In this document: positions 17,940 through 27,746 of the stretch, piece after piece
How positions within the stretch are numbered: the first letter of the stretch is position 1
How the letters are laid out: each line of letters begins with the position of its first letter
Sequence record: PQ231202.1
Reading direction: 5' to 3' (one strand)
Source: Escherichia phage BSBP01
Length of the DNA: 54,030 nucleotides
The notes under the pieces: generated by a model
What the model was told of the DNA's origin: nothing
Seen by the model: the letters and a program-made list of their open reading frames with translations, nothing else
Database searches by the model: none
Position numbers and translations under genes: made by a program

Positions 17940-18469
17940 TAGAATTCATTCCAGTCGATTGTTTCGGTTAGGTCGAGTTGAGACAGTTTGATACGCTTCT
18001 TCTTAAGTTTAACAAGCAGCTCGTTGTCAGACTTCTTGGCCATACCAAGCTCAACCATGTCGATGAGAATGCCAATTTCTTCCGTCAATGGTGCAAGTTT
18101 CTTCTTACGCATAAACTCGTTATATTTCACACGGTTTTCTTTATGCTCGACAAACTTCTCGCCATCAAACTTCCAAAAGTGTCTGTTTTCTTCAACACCC
18201 TCTGGCAGCGACTCCAGCTCAACTATGTTCCCACCCAGCGGTGTAGCCACAGTATCACCAGGGCCAAAGTCAATGTGTCGAATAGTCCCATCATTTTCGT
18301 ACACAACTTTGGCTGTACCGTCCTTTAAAGAATCACGAATTTTATACCAACATGTTCCATTCTCGTCACAACCGAAGAGAATCTTGTGCTCGTCCTTGAG
18401 CACTTGTTGGCTTTCAGTCAGGTTCGTATTCTCAACAAACCCTTCATACTTACACAGAATAGCTGTCAT
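17939..18469 (-). CDS. Putative tail fibre assembly (chaperone) protein
   Basis: 176 aa, directly downstream of the last fibre gene. Confidence 0.5.
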   Translation of the reverse strand: MTAILCKYEGFVENTNLTESQQVLKDEHKILFGCDENGTCWYKIRDSLKDGTAKVVYENDGTIRHIDFGPGDTVATPLGGNIVELESLPEGVEENRHFWKFDGEKFVEHKENRVKYNEFMRKKKLAPLTEEIGILIDMVELGMAKKSDNELLVKLKKKRIKLSQLDLTETIDWNEF

Positions 18470-19802
18470 ACCATGTTCCGTTCACATATTTCTGGAGTTT
18501 ACGACGACCAACGAGGTCTATAAGTTCGTCGGCAGTTTGGTTGATTACAGCGGTGATTACCCAACCAGATTCATCTCGATACCCGTAGCCACGCCATGCG
18601 GCAGTCTCTTGGTAGGAGGCCAGGCGAATGTCACCTATGAAAGAATCCATTACCCACTTCTCTCGTGCAAATCGGAATGCGTCACCACCGCCAGTGTAGT
18701 CAATGTTGCCATCATTCTGGAATGACCAGTTGTGTATATCACCATTGTCACCACGTCGGGAGATTATAGGAATTGAGAAATCATTATTTTTGCTGTATGC
18801 ACCAAACGAAATATGAGTTCCATACCCTTGACCAGTTGTTACAGTTTGGAGTGTCAAGATTGGGACCCAGGCATCTGGACCAACTTCACAGTCGTACACT
18901 CCATAAGGGACGTGCCCATCTGCCTCTTGACCCCAACCACGGCCCCAAGTTATGCCGCGATACTGCCCCTTCAGGAACAGCTTGAAGTCTTGACCAGTTC
19001 CACGTAAAGCTAACTGATTGTATCCTTCTGCGATAATGCGTGCAGTGTAGTCTGAACTAGAGTTTGCATAGTGGAAGTCGATGTATGGATAGTTGTTAAA
19101 CAACTCTACTGAACCAACTTCTGTGGTACGGTCACGCTGGTTTACTCGTGCAAGCTCTCTCCAAGCGGCCCAATTCTTCGAGGAATCAAGTGTACGACTG
19201 CGAACCCAAACGTTTCCGTATATTGATGTGTAACGCTGTTGAACACCATATGCAGTTGGCAAAACTTCCAGTGTACCAGCATTTGCTGCCGGATAACCAC
19301 CAGCAGAGCCAGCAACAGCATCAGACTCTTGATAGTAAACACCAACATCTGACGCACTTTTAAGCAAATCAATGTTGAAGTTTGAGGCATTTTTGCAAGC
19401 CATTACAGCGTGTGCTGTGTACGTCCTGCTGCCAGACGGACCTTGTGAGTAATACATAATTGGCGGTCGTGCTGCCTGACCATGTGTTACTAAGATAGAG
19501 GCATTGCTGTTATCAGAAATCCCAAGAACAGTTATGATTACATATGCCCCACTGGACTTCTCAAGGTCCCACTTCTGTAACTCTGGTGGAACGTTTACAG
19601 CAGAGTGCATCTCAACATATAGAACTTCACCATTGGTGAATGTGTATGTATTGAAATTGAAGTTTGTTACAAATGCTGTGGCTGGAATCTGGGCATTCTT
19701 TTGTCCAACAGTGATTACTTCACCACGAGCAGTGCCTGCATTTAAGAATGCAGCAGACTTTAAGGCGGCAATTAAGCCGCCAAATGACCAACCTTTAGCC
19801 AT
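18450..19802 (-). CDS. Tail fibre or receptor-binding protein
   Basis: 450 aa, Gly/Ser/Thr/Asn-rich, last of three fibre-like genes. Confidence 0.55.
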   Translation of the reverse strand: MAKGWSFGGLIAALKSAAFLNAGTARGEVITVGQKNAQIPATAFVTNFNFNTYTFTNGEVLYVEMHSAVNVPPELQKWDLEKSSGAYVIITVLGISDNSNASILVTHGQAARPPIMYYSQGPSGSRTYTAHAVMACKNASNFNIDLLKSASDVGVYYQESDAVAGSAGGYPAANAGTLEVLPTAYGVQQRYTSIYGNVWVRSRTLDSSKNWAAWRELARVNQRDRTTEVGSVELFNNYPYIDFHYANSSSDYTARIIAEGYNQLALRGTGQDFKLFLKGQYRGITWGRGWGQEADGHVPYGVYDCEVGPDAWVPILTLQTVTTGQGYGTHISFGAYSKNNDFSIPIISRRGDNGDIHNWSFQNDGNIDYTGGGDAFRFAREKWVMDSFIGDIRLASYQETAAWRGYGYRDESGWVITAVINQTADELIDLVGRRKLQKYVNGTWYDSYSV

Positions 19803-19811
19803 TACATTACC

Positions 19812-21203
19812 TTATAAAGTAGAGATTTGGTTTGGTGTCATTTTGAAATCCCAAACTCGGAAGTTGCGAACAGCATAGTTTCTTGATGTTGGATGGAAAT
19901 GAATCTGAGGATACCTGCCAACACATGCAGCCGCACCATTCTGCGAGGCATCAGCAGCCACACGAACACCGTCAACATATATTTCAAGTCCAGTGGTCGT
20001 ACTTAGGGTTGCAGCAATACGATACCAGCGATTCACTCGGTTAGGGAGATTATAGTAAATCCAGTCACTAGCACCAGAGGCATTTCGGTTAAGGTTGAGC
20101 TGCCCCTTGTTCTGCAAATAGAAGTCTATGTACTCACTATTCAACCCATTTAAGGAGAAGAATACGCCAACAGAGTCGTCACTGCTCGGCGCACGAGGCG
20201 AGTTGGAAAGAACATCTACACAGATTGTGCAGTCTGTAAATCCGTATCCCGCACCTTCGTAAAGAGTTTCTCTAACATCCTGCCCAGCAGTTCTGTACAG
20301 AGCACCACCATAATCGTTGTTAAAATACAGACTGTCGGAGGCATTGATTGCACCCTTGCCAGAGTTGATATTAAAATCACCAATCAAGTGCTGACAGAAA
20401 TTTGGCGCAGGCACTGCATACTTTGGTTCTTCTCGCGCCTTAACTTCTGCAAATGTCGCATCAGTAATAATTCGGGAGTTGGTGTTTGTTGATGCCTTGC
20501 CAACAACCGGAACACCACTGGCATCCAGCCCAATACGTTCGTCACCTGACTGCATATAAAGGCCAGCAGGACCAAACGACAACTTAGAAGTTCCGCTTAC
20601 ATCAAACAGCATACCTTGCTGGAATGTAACAGGTCCGGTGTAAGTACCACCAGTGACAGGAACAGCACCTGCCTGGGCAGCAGTTACTTTGTGTGGATTG
20701 TTTCGGTCATTGGCATGACTCGCAACAAAGGCATTGTACTGAGAAATCAGCGAATCGATTTGTGCTTTGTTGTATGCACCAATCATGTTGGCTGTCAGTC
20801 GATGTGGGTTGGAAGTGGTATCTGCGATGTGTGCAGAAATCTTACTAACAATATTATCGTAGTCGTAACGAGATACTTGAATAGCACTTGCAGCCCACTG
20901 CCCCAAGTTCTCACTAGGACGTAAAGTACGGCTGGGAGAACCGACAGTTGCAACATAAACAGTTCGAGTTGCATCATCCCACACGAGGGAACCAAGTCCA
21001 TACTGAACATCGGTTCCCCATTCGAAGACACCACGCTCAGCCAGTGCTAGGAGAGTAGTGTCAACCTTATACTGCAAATAGTTAAGAACCTGGAAGGTTG
21101 GGATTTCTGCAATCCACCCTTGAAGATACTTGGCATCCCCAGGGTCACGCCGTAGGTTGGCATTGTTTGAAGTCCAGACTCTATTAAGTTTTGGTCTTAA
21201 CAT
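19812..21203 (-). CDS. Tail fibre protein
   Basis: Shares NPHK-T..Q-G..P-GGT-TGP-TF motif with 21203..22402. Confidence 0.6.
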   Translation of the reverse strand: MLRPKLNRVWTSNNANLRRDPGDAKYLQGWIAEIPTFQVLNYLQYKVDTTLLALAERGVFEWGTDVQYGLGSLVWDDATRTVYVATVGSPSRTLRPSENLGQWAASAIQVSRYDYDNIVSKISAHIADTTSNPHRLTANMIGAYNKAQIDSLISQYNAFVASHANDRNNPHKVTAAQAGAVPVTGGTYTGPVTFQQGMLFDVSGTSKLSFGPAGLYMQSGDERIGLDASGVPVVGKASTNTNSRIITDATFAEVKAREEPKYAVPAPNFCQHLIGDFNINSGKGAINASDSLYFNNDYGGALYRTAGQDVRETLYEGAGYGFTDCTICVDVLSNSPRAPSSDDSVGVFFSLNGLNSEYIDFYLQNKGQLNLNRNASGASDWIYYNLPNRVNRWYRIAATLSTTTGLEIYVDGVRVAADASQNGAAACVGRYPQIHFHPTSRNYAVRNFRVWDFKMTPNQISTL

Positions 21204-22402
21204 TATCGTCTCGCAAGCATAGAGATTTGGTTAGCAGAAAGTCTTGGATATACCTCAAAGAATCTTAGAGCCATTACATTCTTATCTGCAAAGAGTTTGT
21301 TATCAATGTAGTCTTTCAGGTCAAGTCCGTTTGGAAAGCTGAAAGAGTCTTCATTAGAAGTTCGCATAACTACATCAACTTCATCGGTAGTAACTGCAAC
21401 AACCACAGTGGTCGGGATATTGTAGGTTGGTCCAAAGAACTTCATCCCATTGTTGGAGATGTTAAATCCGCCATACCAAAATTCTGGGGAAGCGGTTGTC
21501 TCAACAGTCCATAAACCAACAGACTCCGCATCATTAATGTCTTCATGAAAGTCAGCACGAAGCATTGGCACAGGGAGTGCAAACTGGTTTCCATACTTAA
21601 TGTTGAACTTGTTGTAGTTTGCTTCCGTAATGATTTCAAAAGCACCAGCGGAGTTTATGAACCACGCATGACCACTACTGTCCACACCAATTGCAGTAGT
21701 CCCATTAACCAATTCGAATATGCCAGTCGAATCATTTCGGTGTACATATTGTGAAACACCACTACCAGCATGCGCTTCTTTGGTGAAAGTTATCGGTCCT
21801 GTGAAAGTCCCACCAGATGTTGGAAGTGTTCCAAGCTGTTCTGGAGTTACCCTGTGGACAGATGCACCGGTTCTGGAGATGTGATATGGGATTGTTGTAA
21901 CTCGTTCGTCGCTGGCGAATCTGTCGTACACATATTCTTGAAGGTATGTCCCATCAACAATTGTGTCTACAGTATCTTTATGGGGGTTCTGTTCTGCCAT
22001 ATGAGCATTGAACACATTCTTGAGATATTGAACCTTTTCATTAAACTTAATAAGGTTTGTCTCAAGAACCTCTTGCCAACCACTTCCGGAGGTTGGAGGA
22101 CTTATATTGCCAGGAATCTCTTCCCGCTTCTGATAAATCTTACCATCAACTATTGCAAAAGCGCCAAGCGAATATGTTACGGTATCGCACCATTGCAATA
22201 TCCCACCAACCAACATATCTCGAATCTTAACGTCAGTGATTTGAGTTAAGAAGTTCTGCCATTGTTCGGGAGGCTTTTCAGCTTCCCAGCCGACATTTTC
22301 GTATCGGTCTGGGATATAGGATGGTGCAGTCGTATCCAAGTCGGGGTCAAGTGCTTCGCCATCCTGCGCCCAATATTCTGGGTAATTCAAACGATTTGTC
22401 AT
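21203..22402 (-). CDS. Tail fibre protein (proximal)
   Basis: Fibre motif as above; follows the baseplate genes. Confidence 0.55.
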   Translation of the reverse strand: MTNRLNYPEYWAQDGEALDPDLDTTAPSYIPDRYENVGWEAEKPPEQWQNFLTQITDVKIRDMLVGGILQWCDTVTYSLGAFAIVDGKIYQKREEIPGNISPPTSGSGWQEVLETNLIKFNEKVQYLKNVFNAHMAEQNPHKDTVDTIVDGTYLQEYVYDRFASDERVTTIPYHISRTGASVHRVTPEQLGTLPTSGGTFTGPITFTKEAHAGSGVSQYVHRNDSTGIFELVNGTTAIGVDSSGHAWFINSAGAFEIITEANYNKFNIKYGNQFALPVPMLRADFHEDINDAESVGLWTVETTASPEFWYGGFNISNNGMKFFGPTYNIPTTVVVAVTTDEVDVVMRTSNEDSFSFPNGLDLKDYIDNKLFADKNVMALRFFEVYPRLSANQISMLARR

Positions 22403-23043
22403 CGGTTCTCCGGTGGATAAACTTTAGAAACATATTGGAGTTCAATAGCACCACCATTGTCCGAAAGAGTTATGGAGATGCCAACAGGCTTAAAGTCTGG
22501 AAGCATGTAAGCCAACAACACTTTCTCTGCAACTGACAGTGTGTTATGCACTTGGTAATGTAGAGTCTGGAATCCTTCAATGATTTCAAGATTCAGACTG
22601 CGACCAAGAACAAGGTCCACATAAACAATCAGTTCTTCGATTGTGCAGCTTCCTACAACCTTGCGGATACGTGCACGTATTGCATCTTTAAGTTGAGTAT
22701 CGGTACGAACAAAGTCACCAGAGTCCCGGTCACCATCTGACTTCAAAATGCCACCAACGCCAGGATTATTATCATCTCCGGCAGGGAATGCGCTTGGGTC
22801 AGAATAGAAACCGAAGTACCCAAGTGGTGCAGCACCATAGATAGTACGGCTGGCACCAACGAGGTATGCAATATCATCAACCATAACGCCAAATGAATCG
22901 GCAAGGTATCGGTATTTAACAGACTCTTCTTGAGCATTCTGGACGAGCTTTAACTCGTCCAAGAAAATCTGAATGTACGCCCGTAAGTTTGGAGAATCGC
23001 TATACTGCATTAGCAGCATATCTAAACCAGATTTACCAGCCAT
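22399..23043 (-). CDS. Baseplate or tail protein (gpI/gp48-like position)
   Basis: Position after the J-like baseplate gene. Confidence 0.45.
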   Translation of the reverse strand: MAGKSGLDMLLMQYSDSPNLRAYIQIFLDELKLVQNAQEESVKYRYLADSFGVMVDDIAYLVGASRTIYGAAPLGYFGFYSDPSAFPAGDDNNPGVGGILKSDGDRDSGDFVRTDTQLKDAIRARIRKVVGSCTIEELIVYVDLVLGRSLNLEIIEGFQTLHYQVHNTLSVAEKVLLAYMLPDFKPVGISITLSDNGGAIELQYVSKVYPPENR

Positions 23044-23051
23044 TATTAACC

Positions 23052-24206
23052 TTATGGTGTTTCAGTGAAAACTACAGACGCAGATGTGGCTACAGCCTTC
23101 TTGTCAATGTCCAGTTCGATTGTAGCAATTCCAGTTGGACTTACAGAAGTACCAATGAATAATGAATCAACCTGAACACCGTTAGTAGCGTCCATGATAG
23201 GCTTGAAACATTCTGACCAGATAACAGAATCACCTGGATTCAGGGAGTTGATATACTCCATCATAGCCGTTTGCAACTGGCGTGCCGCATCGTTGGAACT
23301 AATATTAGAACCAGGGCGACGCTTGAATGTACCAGTTACATAAATGGTTGCATCTTCTGGACGACTGAACTTAATTTCGTGCGAATAGCCTTTACTATCG
23401 TAGATAGATACGGATGTAGTACCATGGGTAGGAACACCGCCCGTTTTGGAGGAATAAATTCGACGAGCAATTTCGTCTTCTGTTCCACCCTCTACGACAA
23501 CAAATACTGTACCCGAAGGCTGAGTCCCAATAGGAGCGCCGGTATCATTATCACGAATACGAATGTAAGAAAGATTAAGGTCAGCGAGTGCAGCGTAAAT
23601 AGCTTCAACAAATGCTGAACCGCTGTGCGCAGTAGTTCTGTCACGGCGGATACGAAGTGCTGGGTCAGACTCATAATCCACACCTGTTTGCCCAATCTCT
23701 GGGTTGTTAACTGATTCCCAACCTGCGACTGTGGTAACAATTTTATTAACAGTGTTAGCAGCAATGTAATATTCTCCAGACTCAGTTGCTACTGCCGTAA
23801 CAGTTCCTGGAATAATACAATCATACTGTGTTTTGAAATTCATTGTCCCGTCACTGACAATAGAGCCAGCAGGGACAAGAGTGCCAGCCTGACCAACACA
23901 ACGAACACCAACACGAGATGGCCAATTGACCAATCGCTTTGTGAAGGTCAGTTCGCAGATGTTGTCCAGACCAACCTTCTGCATTGCACCAGGACGATAG
24001 GCATTGAATACCATTTCAGCCTGTTGCCAACACTTAGAAATTTCTTCTGAAATAATTCCAATAACCTGTCCATCTGGGCCTTCTGGACTAATGTCGAAGT
24101 TGGCACCGAACACGCTACGGAATCTGCTATTAATGTGCGACACGATTTCTTGAACAGGCTTCTGTACGAACCCGTTTTCAGTCACGCCGTACTGGATTGT
24201 TGCCAT
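23052..24206 (-). CDS. Baseplate J-like protein
   Basis: 384 aa; overall resemblance and position typical of Baseplate_J. Confidence 0.6.
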   Translation of the reverse strand: MATIQYGVTENGFVQKPVQEIVSHINSRFRSVFGANFDISPEGPDGQVIGIISEEISKCWQQAEMVFNAYRPGAMQKVGLDNICELTFTKRLVNWPSRVGVRCVGQAGTLVPAGSIVSDGTMNFKTQYDCIIPGTVTAVATESGEYYIAANTVNKIVTTVAGWESVNNPEIGQTGVDYESDPALRIRRDRTTAHSGSAFVEAIYAALADLNLSYIRIRDNDTGAPIGTQPSGTVFVVVEGGTEDEIARRIYSSKTGGVPTHGTTSVSIYDSKGYSHEIKFSRPEDATIYVTGTFKRRPGSNISSNDAARQLQTAMMEYINSLNPGDSVIWSECFKPIMDATNGVQVDSLFIGTSVSPTGIATIELDIDKKAVATSASVVFTETP

Positions 24207-24553
24207 GTTAAGTAATCCTCAAGACTTCCATAATCTGAGATAGCAATGAATGAAACTCTTACTTCACGCTCACGAAAGTCAGCATCAATATTTATAGAGA
24301 TAAGTTGTTGAACACCTGGGGTGCTCCGAATGACGTTGGCGATGGCTGCTTCAATGTCAGCAGTTCTGACAGTCTTAGTGAAGATTCCCTCGAACCAAGG
24401 GAGGCCAGTGGTCGTGTCATGTTTCCATTCTCCGAACACTGTTAATAATCTGCACTTAACTATTTGAGCAACCTCTTCTACACCACCGACCCTGGTTGCA
24501 CCACGACCAATAATAATATCGTGGTTAGAATCTAACAGTAAGTTTCCAGCCAT
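24182..24553 (-). CDS. Baseplate protein (gp25/gpW-like position)
   Basis: 123 aa between spike and J-like genes. Confidence 0.45.
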   Translation of the reverse strand: MAGNLLLDSNHDIIIGRGATRVGGVEEVAQIVKCRLLTVFGEWKHDTTTGLPWFEGIFTKTVRTADIEAAIANVIRSTPGVQQLISINIDADFREREVRVSFIAISDYGSLEDYLTWQQSSTA

Positions 24554-25344
24554 TATTTCATCGGCCCTACATCGCCGCCTTCTGGGTTAGTGTGGGTGTG
24601 TTCGTTAACCGTGACTCCGTTAATGGTGAACGTACCCTGTTGAACCATATCGCCTGTAATCGACATTGTTCCACCACTGCCACCTGACACTGACATTCCT
24701 CCGAGAACGGTGAGTGATTTTGTAACTGTGGTGTCGCCATCCAAAAGGATTTGCGGCGAGATAACAGACGCTTTTTCTGTCGCTTCAATTACTATCTCCG
24801 AATCTTTCGTGATTGTAATCTTTGCAGCACCAGTAATAAGTTCTACCTTTCCGTCACCATGAAGAGTCAGACGTTGGTCACGACTTGCATTTCGGAGTTC
24901 AGTAACTCCTGCATTAAATCCTGGTATTGCACCTGGAATTGGTTGTATCCCAATAATACACACAGCAGAGTTGTGAGAGAACAACTGACTGAATGCTGGG
25001 GCAGGCCTTCCACCAATCATTCCAGCAGAGTCTTTATTCTCTGCCAACCAATGTTCAATCCCTCGTTGAGCAAAATGAACATAACAAGGAGTACCATCTG
25101 GGACCGGATGTGTTAGACTCCAGCCGCCACCTTGGATGAACTGCACAGGAACATTTCTGAGCCGCTTCTTCTTTTCTAAGGTGTAGGCATTGGTGTAGCC
25201 TGTAAATAGGTTTTCGATTGCAAGCTGCACCTCACAGGTTTGAGTTACAGCATCGAAGTTATAAATATGGCCTGGGTATCCTGTATTAACAGTTGCAGAC
25301 CTTACATCGTTGTTATGACTCGCCACGTTCAAGTACACTCGCAT
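24553..25344 (-). CDS. Baseplate central spike (gpV-like) with C-terminal HTH apex motif
   Basis: C-terminus SITGD..GTFTINGVTVNEHTHTNPEGG, resembling HxH iron-binding spike tips. Confidence 0.55.
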   Translation of the reverse strand: MRVYLNVASHNNDVRSATVNTGYPGHIYNFDAVTQTCEVQLAIENLFTGYTNAYTLEKKKRLRNVPVQFIQGGGWSLTHPVPDGTPCYVHFAQRGIEHWLAENKDSAGMIGGRPAPAFSQLFSHNSAVCIIGIQPIPGAIPGFNAGVTELRNASRDQRLTLHGDGKVELITGAAKITITKDSEIVIEATEKASVISPQILLDGDTTVTKSLTVLGGMSVSGGSGGTMSITGDMVQQGTFTINGVTVNEHTHTNPEGGDVGPMK

Positions 25345-25675
25345 CTACAATGAAGAGGAACATTTGTCGCCAAGTGTATACCTCTTCTCCTGGACTTACA
25401 GTATTCGCAACGTACATGTTTGGCAGTGGTGTGCTGTATTGCTTAAGAATATCAACACCGCCGCGAATGGGGATTCCATAAATCTTTTCAGATGAACCCC
25501 AAGCAAGGTCAAACATGTAACAGTTTAAATACTCGTTTAAATACAATGCAGACATTTTAACTGTGACACCACGAAACTCGAAAGATACATCCTTTGAGGT
25601 ATCGTATGGTACAGTCTTCACATACCCTGGTGGGAGTAGTGATAATATCTCTTGCATAGCTTGTTGTTCTGTCAT
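25313..25675 (-). CDS. Tail or baseplate protein
   Basis: 120-aa ORF inside the tail module. Confidence 0.4.
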   Translation of the reverse strand: MTEQQAMQEILSLLPPGYVKTVPYDTSKDVSFEFRGVTVKMSALYLNEYLNCYMFDLAWGSSEKIYGIPIRGGVDILKQYSTPLPNMYVANTVSPGEEVYTWRQMFLFIVDASVLERGES

Positions 25676-26574
25676 TTGAACAGCTTCCCTTTAACCGAGG
25701 ACAGAGGAGATTCCAGTTTGGCAAGTTTATCTTTTAACGTACCAAGCTGGCTCACTGCCGTAGCGCCAACTGCACCCAGACCTGGGAGAGCTATGCCAGC
25801 ACCGCCGAGAGCACCTATTCCAACACTTTGGGCAATCTTTGCAAACTCTGAATAGTCTGTCATTGATTGCATTGCTTTTCGAGCTTCAATTGCGAGCGTA
25901 TCTTCTCCGATGACTTGCAACTCTTCCAGTGTAATTTCAACAGCCAGAATTGCAGAAGTCATTTTGTCAGTCTTAGTTCGAATGCCAGTTACTACACAAT
26001 TCAAATAAGGACCGATGATAGTGGAGATGTACAGCTTAGTTCCACTTGCCCGAAAGCCATTAAACAATTCGTAGGTAGACTGGATTCGGTTGCTTGTTTC
26101 GAATGCAGAAGCAACAGCACCAGCAGCAGAGCCTAAGATTGGTATGATTGGGTTATTAAAGATTGCACCAGTTGCAACAGACAACCCTTGTACTGATGCA
26201 GTCCACATGGCAGAGTTCTGCATGTTGGAAGCAACGGCAGTTAACTTGAGGACTCGGTTATGCTTGATGATGTGGTCACTGACTAAGAAGCTAGAGCTTA
26301 CAGGAAACTTAGTAACTGTAGACTGAGCATCATGTTCTTCACTAACCATTGCATCAAACTTGAAAGAGTTGAAACTTTCTGGTGCATCGGAAGTAACCAA
26401 CGATTCGAGAGTCTTGGCAATTCCACCAAAGGCTTTGCCAAACAGTCCTTCATCTTCCTTCTGTGCAACTGGCCCATTTGACCACATAATTACAGACGGG
26501 TTATGCCCATAACTAAAAGATTTTGCGAGCGTGGAGATTCCATCGCCCAACAAACTTGTATCTATTAATGCCAT
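25672..26574 (-). CDS. Tail or baseplate protein
   Basis: 300-aa ORF inside the tail module. Confidence 0.45.
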   Translation of the reverse strand: MALIDTSLLGDGISTLAKSFSYGHNPSVIMWSNGPVAQKEDEGLFGKAFGGIAKTLESLVTSDAPESFNSFKFDAMVSEEHDAQSTVTKFPVSSSFLVSDHIIKHNRVLKLTAVASNMQNSAMWTASVQGLSVATGAIFNNPIIPILGSAAGAVASAFETSNRIQSTYELFNGFRASGTKLYISTIIGPYLNCVVTGIRTKTDKMTSAILAVEITLEELQVIGEDTLAIEARKAMQSMTDYSEFAKIAQSVGIGALGGAGIALPGLGAVGATAVSQLGTLKDKLAKLESPLSSVKGKLFK

Positions 26575-27680
26575 TAGAAAGACTCCATCGCCATTCCACT
26601 GTTTAAATACATTTGCTGCCAGGCAGCTTCTTTGCTGCCCATCACAGTGTTGCCACCTATGATGGCAGTGATGGATGTTTGGAATGTTACTTCATGGGTA
26701 GAACCATGATGAACAACTTCTGTGATGAAGTATTTATCTTCCATAGCCCATCTAAATATGCTCTGGTCTGTATTAAGAACAATACCTTTACCAGTTACAG
26801 ATGTAACACCATTTGCCAACAATTCCTCGCCCAACAGCGGTGACACATCCAGAATCATTCCTGGTTGATAGCTTGCATTGAGGAAGGTATTTAATGAGAA
26901 TGTCTTAATTCCAGAGATTGGGTTTCCAATAACTTGGTTAGCATCAAGCTTAATCGGTTCCCTATCTCTAGACATTCTATCTACAGCATCTTTGTTGCCA
27001 TAGGTATCTGGGAAGATTTGAATCTCACCAGTGGTTATAGAGAACAGAAGATTGTACTCACCGAGCAACGTTCTGAACTCTTCGAGGAATGTATCGTGAA
27101 ACACTCGGCCCAATTTGAGTACAGACTTAAATGTAGACTCTTCTACACCAAATGATGAAATGGTTGAGAACCCATAGTCAGCACACATAGAACGGATGGC
27201 ATCTTCAAGTGTGGTACCATTTGGTATATCCCTCATTTGAGTAAATGTAGTTGATGCACCATATGCTTTGGAGATGCAGAACAATTGTGTGACATGTTCT
27301 GGAGGACGTCTAAATCCCACTGCGTTTGTTACTATGCCAGAGAAGATTGTTGGGAGTTTAGGGCCAATTTCAATCCTAACTTCTGAATCAACCTGCTCTG
27401 CACCTTGATACTTGCTATGACCAGCGTTAACTCCACGCTCGTCTTCAAGGTAACCTGCACGAATTTCAATATACATATCACCATAGGATTTATCTTGGAG
27501 GAATTTAACCTCGTCAATCCCTAGGTTGTATAGAGTAATGTCGGCAGTGTCGACAGGCCAACCAACAGTTGACCGGATGGTGAAATCAATTCTGTGAGAT
27601 TTAAACACAGACTTAGTTTCAGGGTCATCCTTGCGAGAGACAACTATCTCTATACCACGCATCCACGGCATGTTATACAC
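26574..27680 (-). CDS. Tail or baseplate hub protein
   Basis: 368 aa immediately downstream of the tape measure gene. Confidence 0.45.
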   Translation of the reverse strand: MYNMPWMRGIEIVVSRKDDPETKSVFKSHRIDFTIRSTVGWPVDTADITLYNLGIDEVKFLQDKSYGDMYIEIRAGYLEDERGVNAGHSKYQGAEQVDSEVRIEIGPKLPTIFSGIVTNAVGFRRPPEHVTQLFCISKAYGASTTFTQMRDIPNGTTLEDAIRSMCADYGFSTISSFGVEESTFKSVLKLGRVFHDTFLEEFRTLLGEYNLLFSITTGEIQIFPDTYGNKDAVDRMSRDREPIKLDANQVIGNPISGIKTFSLNTFLNASYQPGMILDVSPLLGEELLANGVTSVTGKGIVLNTDQSIFRWAMEDKYFITEVVHHGSTHEVTFQTSITAIIGGNTVMGSKEAAWQQMYLNSGMAMESF

Positions 27681-27746
27681 CTATTGAAATTAATACACAT
27701 TCAAATAATGTTAAAGAGGTAACCGGGACGAATCCCGGCACCATTC

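Noticed and set aside
17988-18725. 245-aa plus-strand ORF
   Set aside because: Antisense to the fibre assembly and fibre genes; Ser/Cys-rich low-complexity translation.
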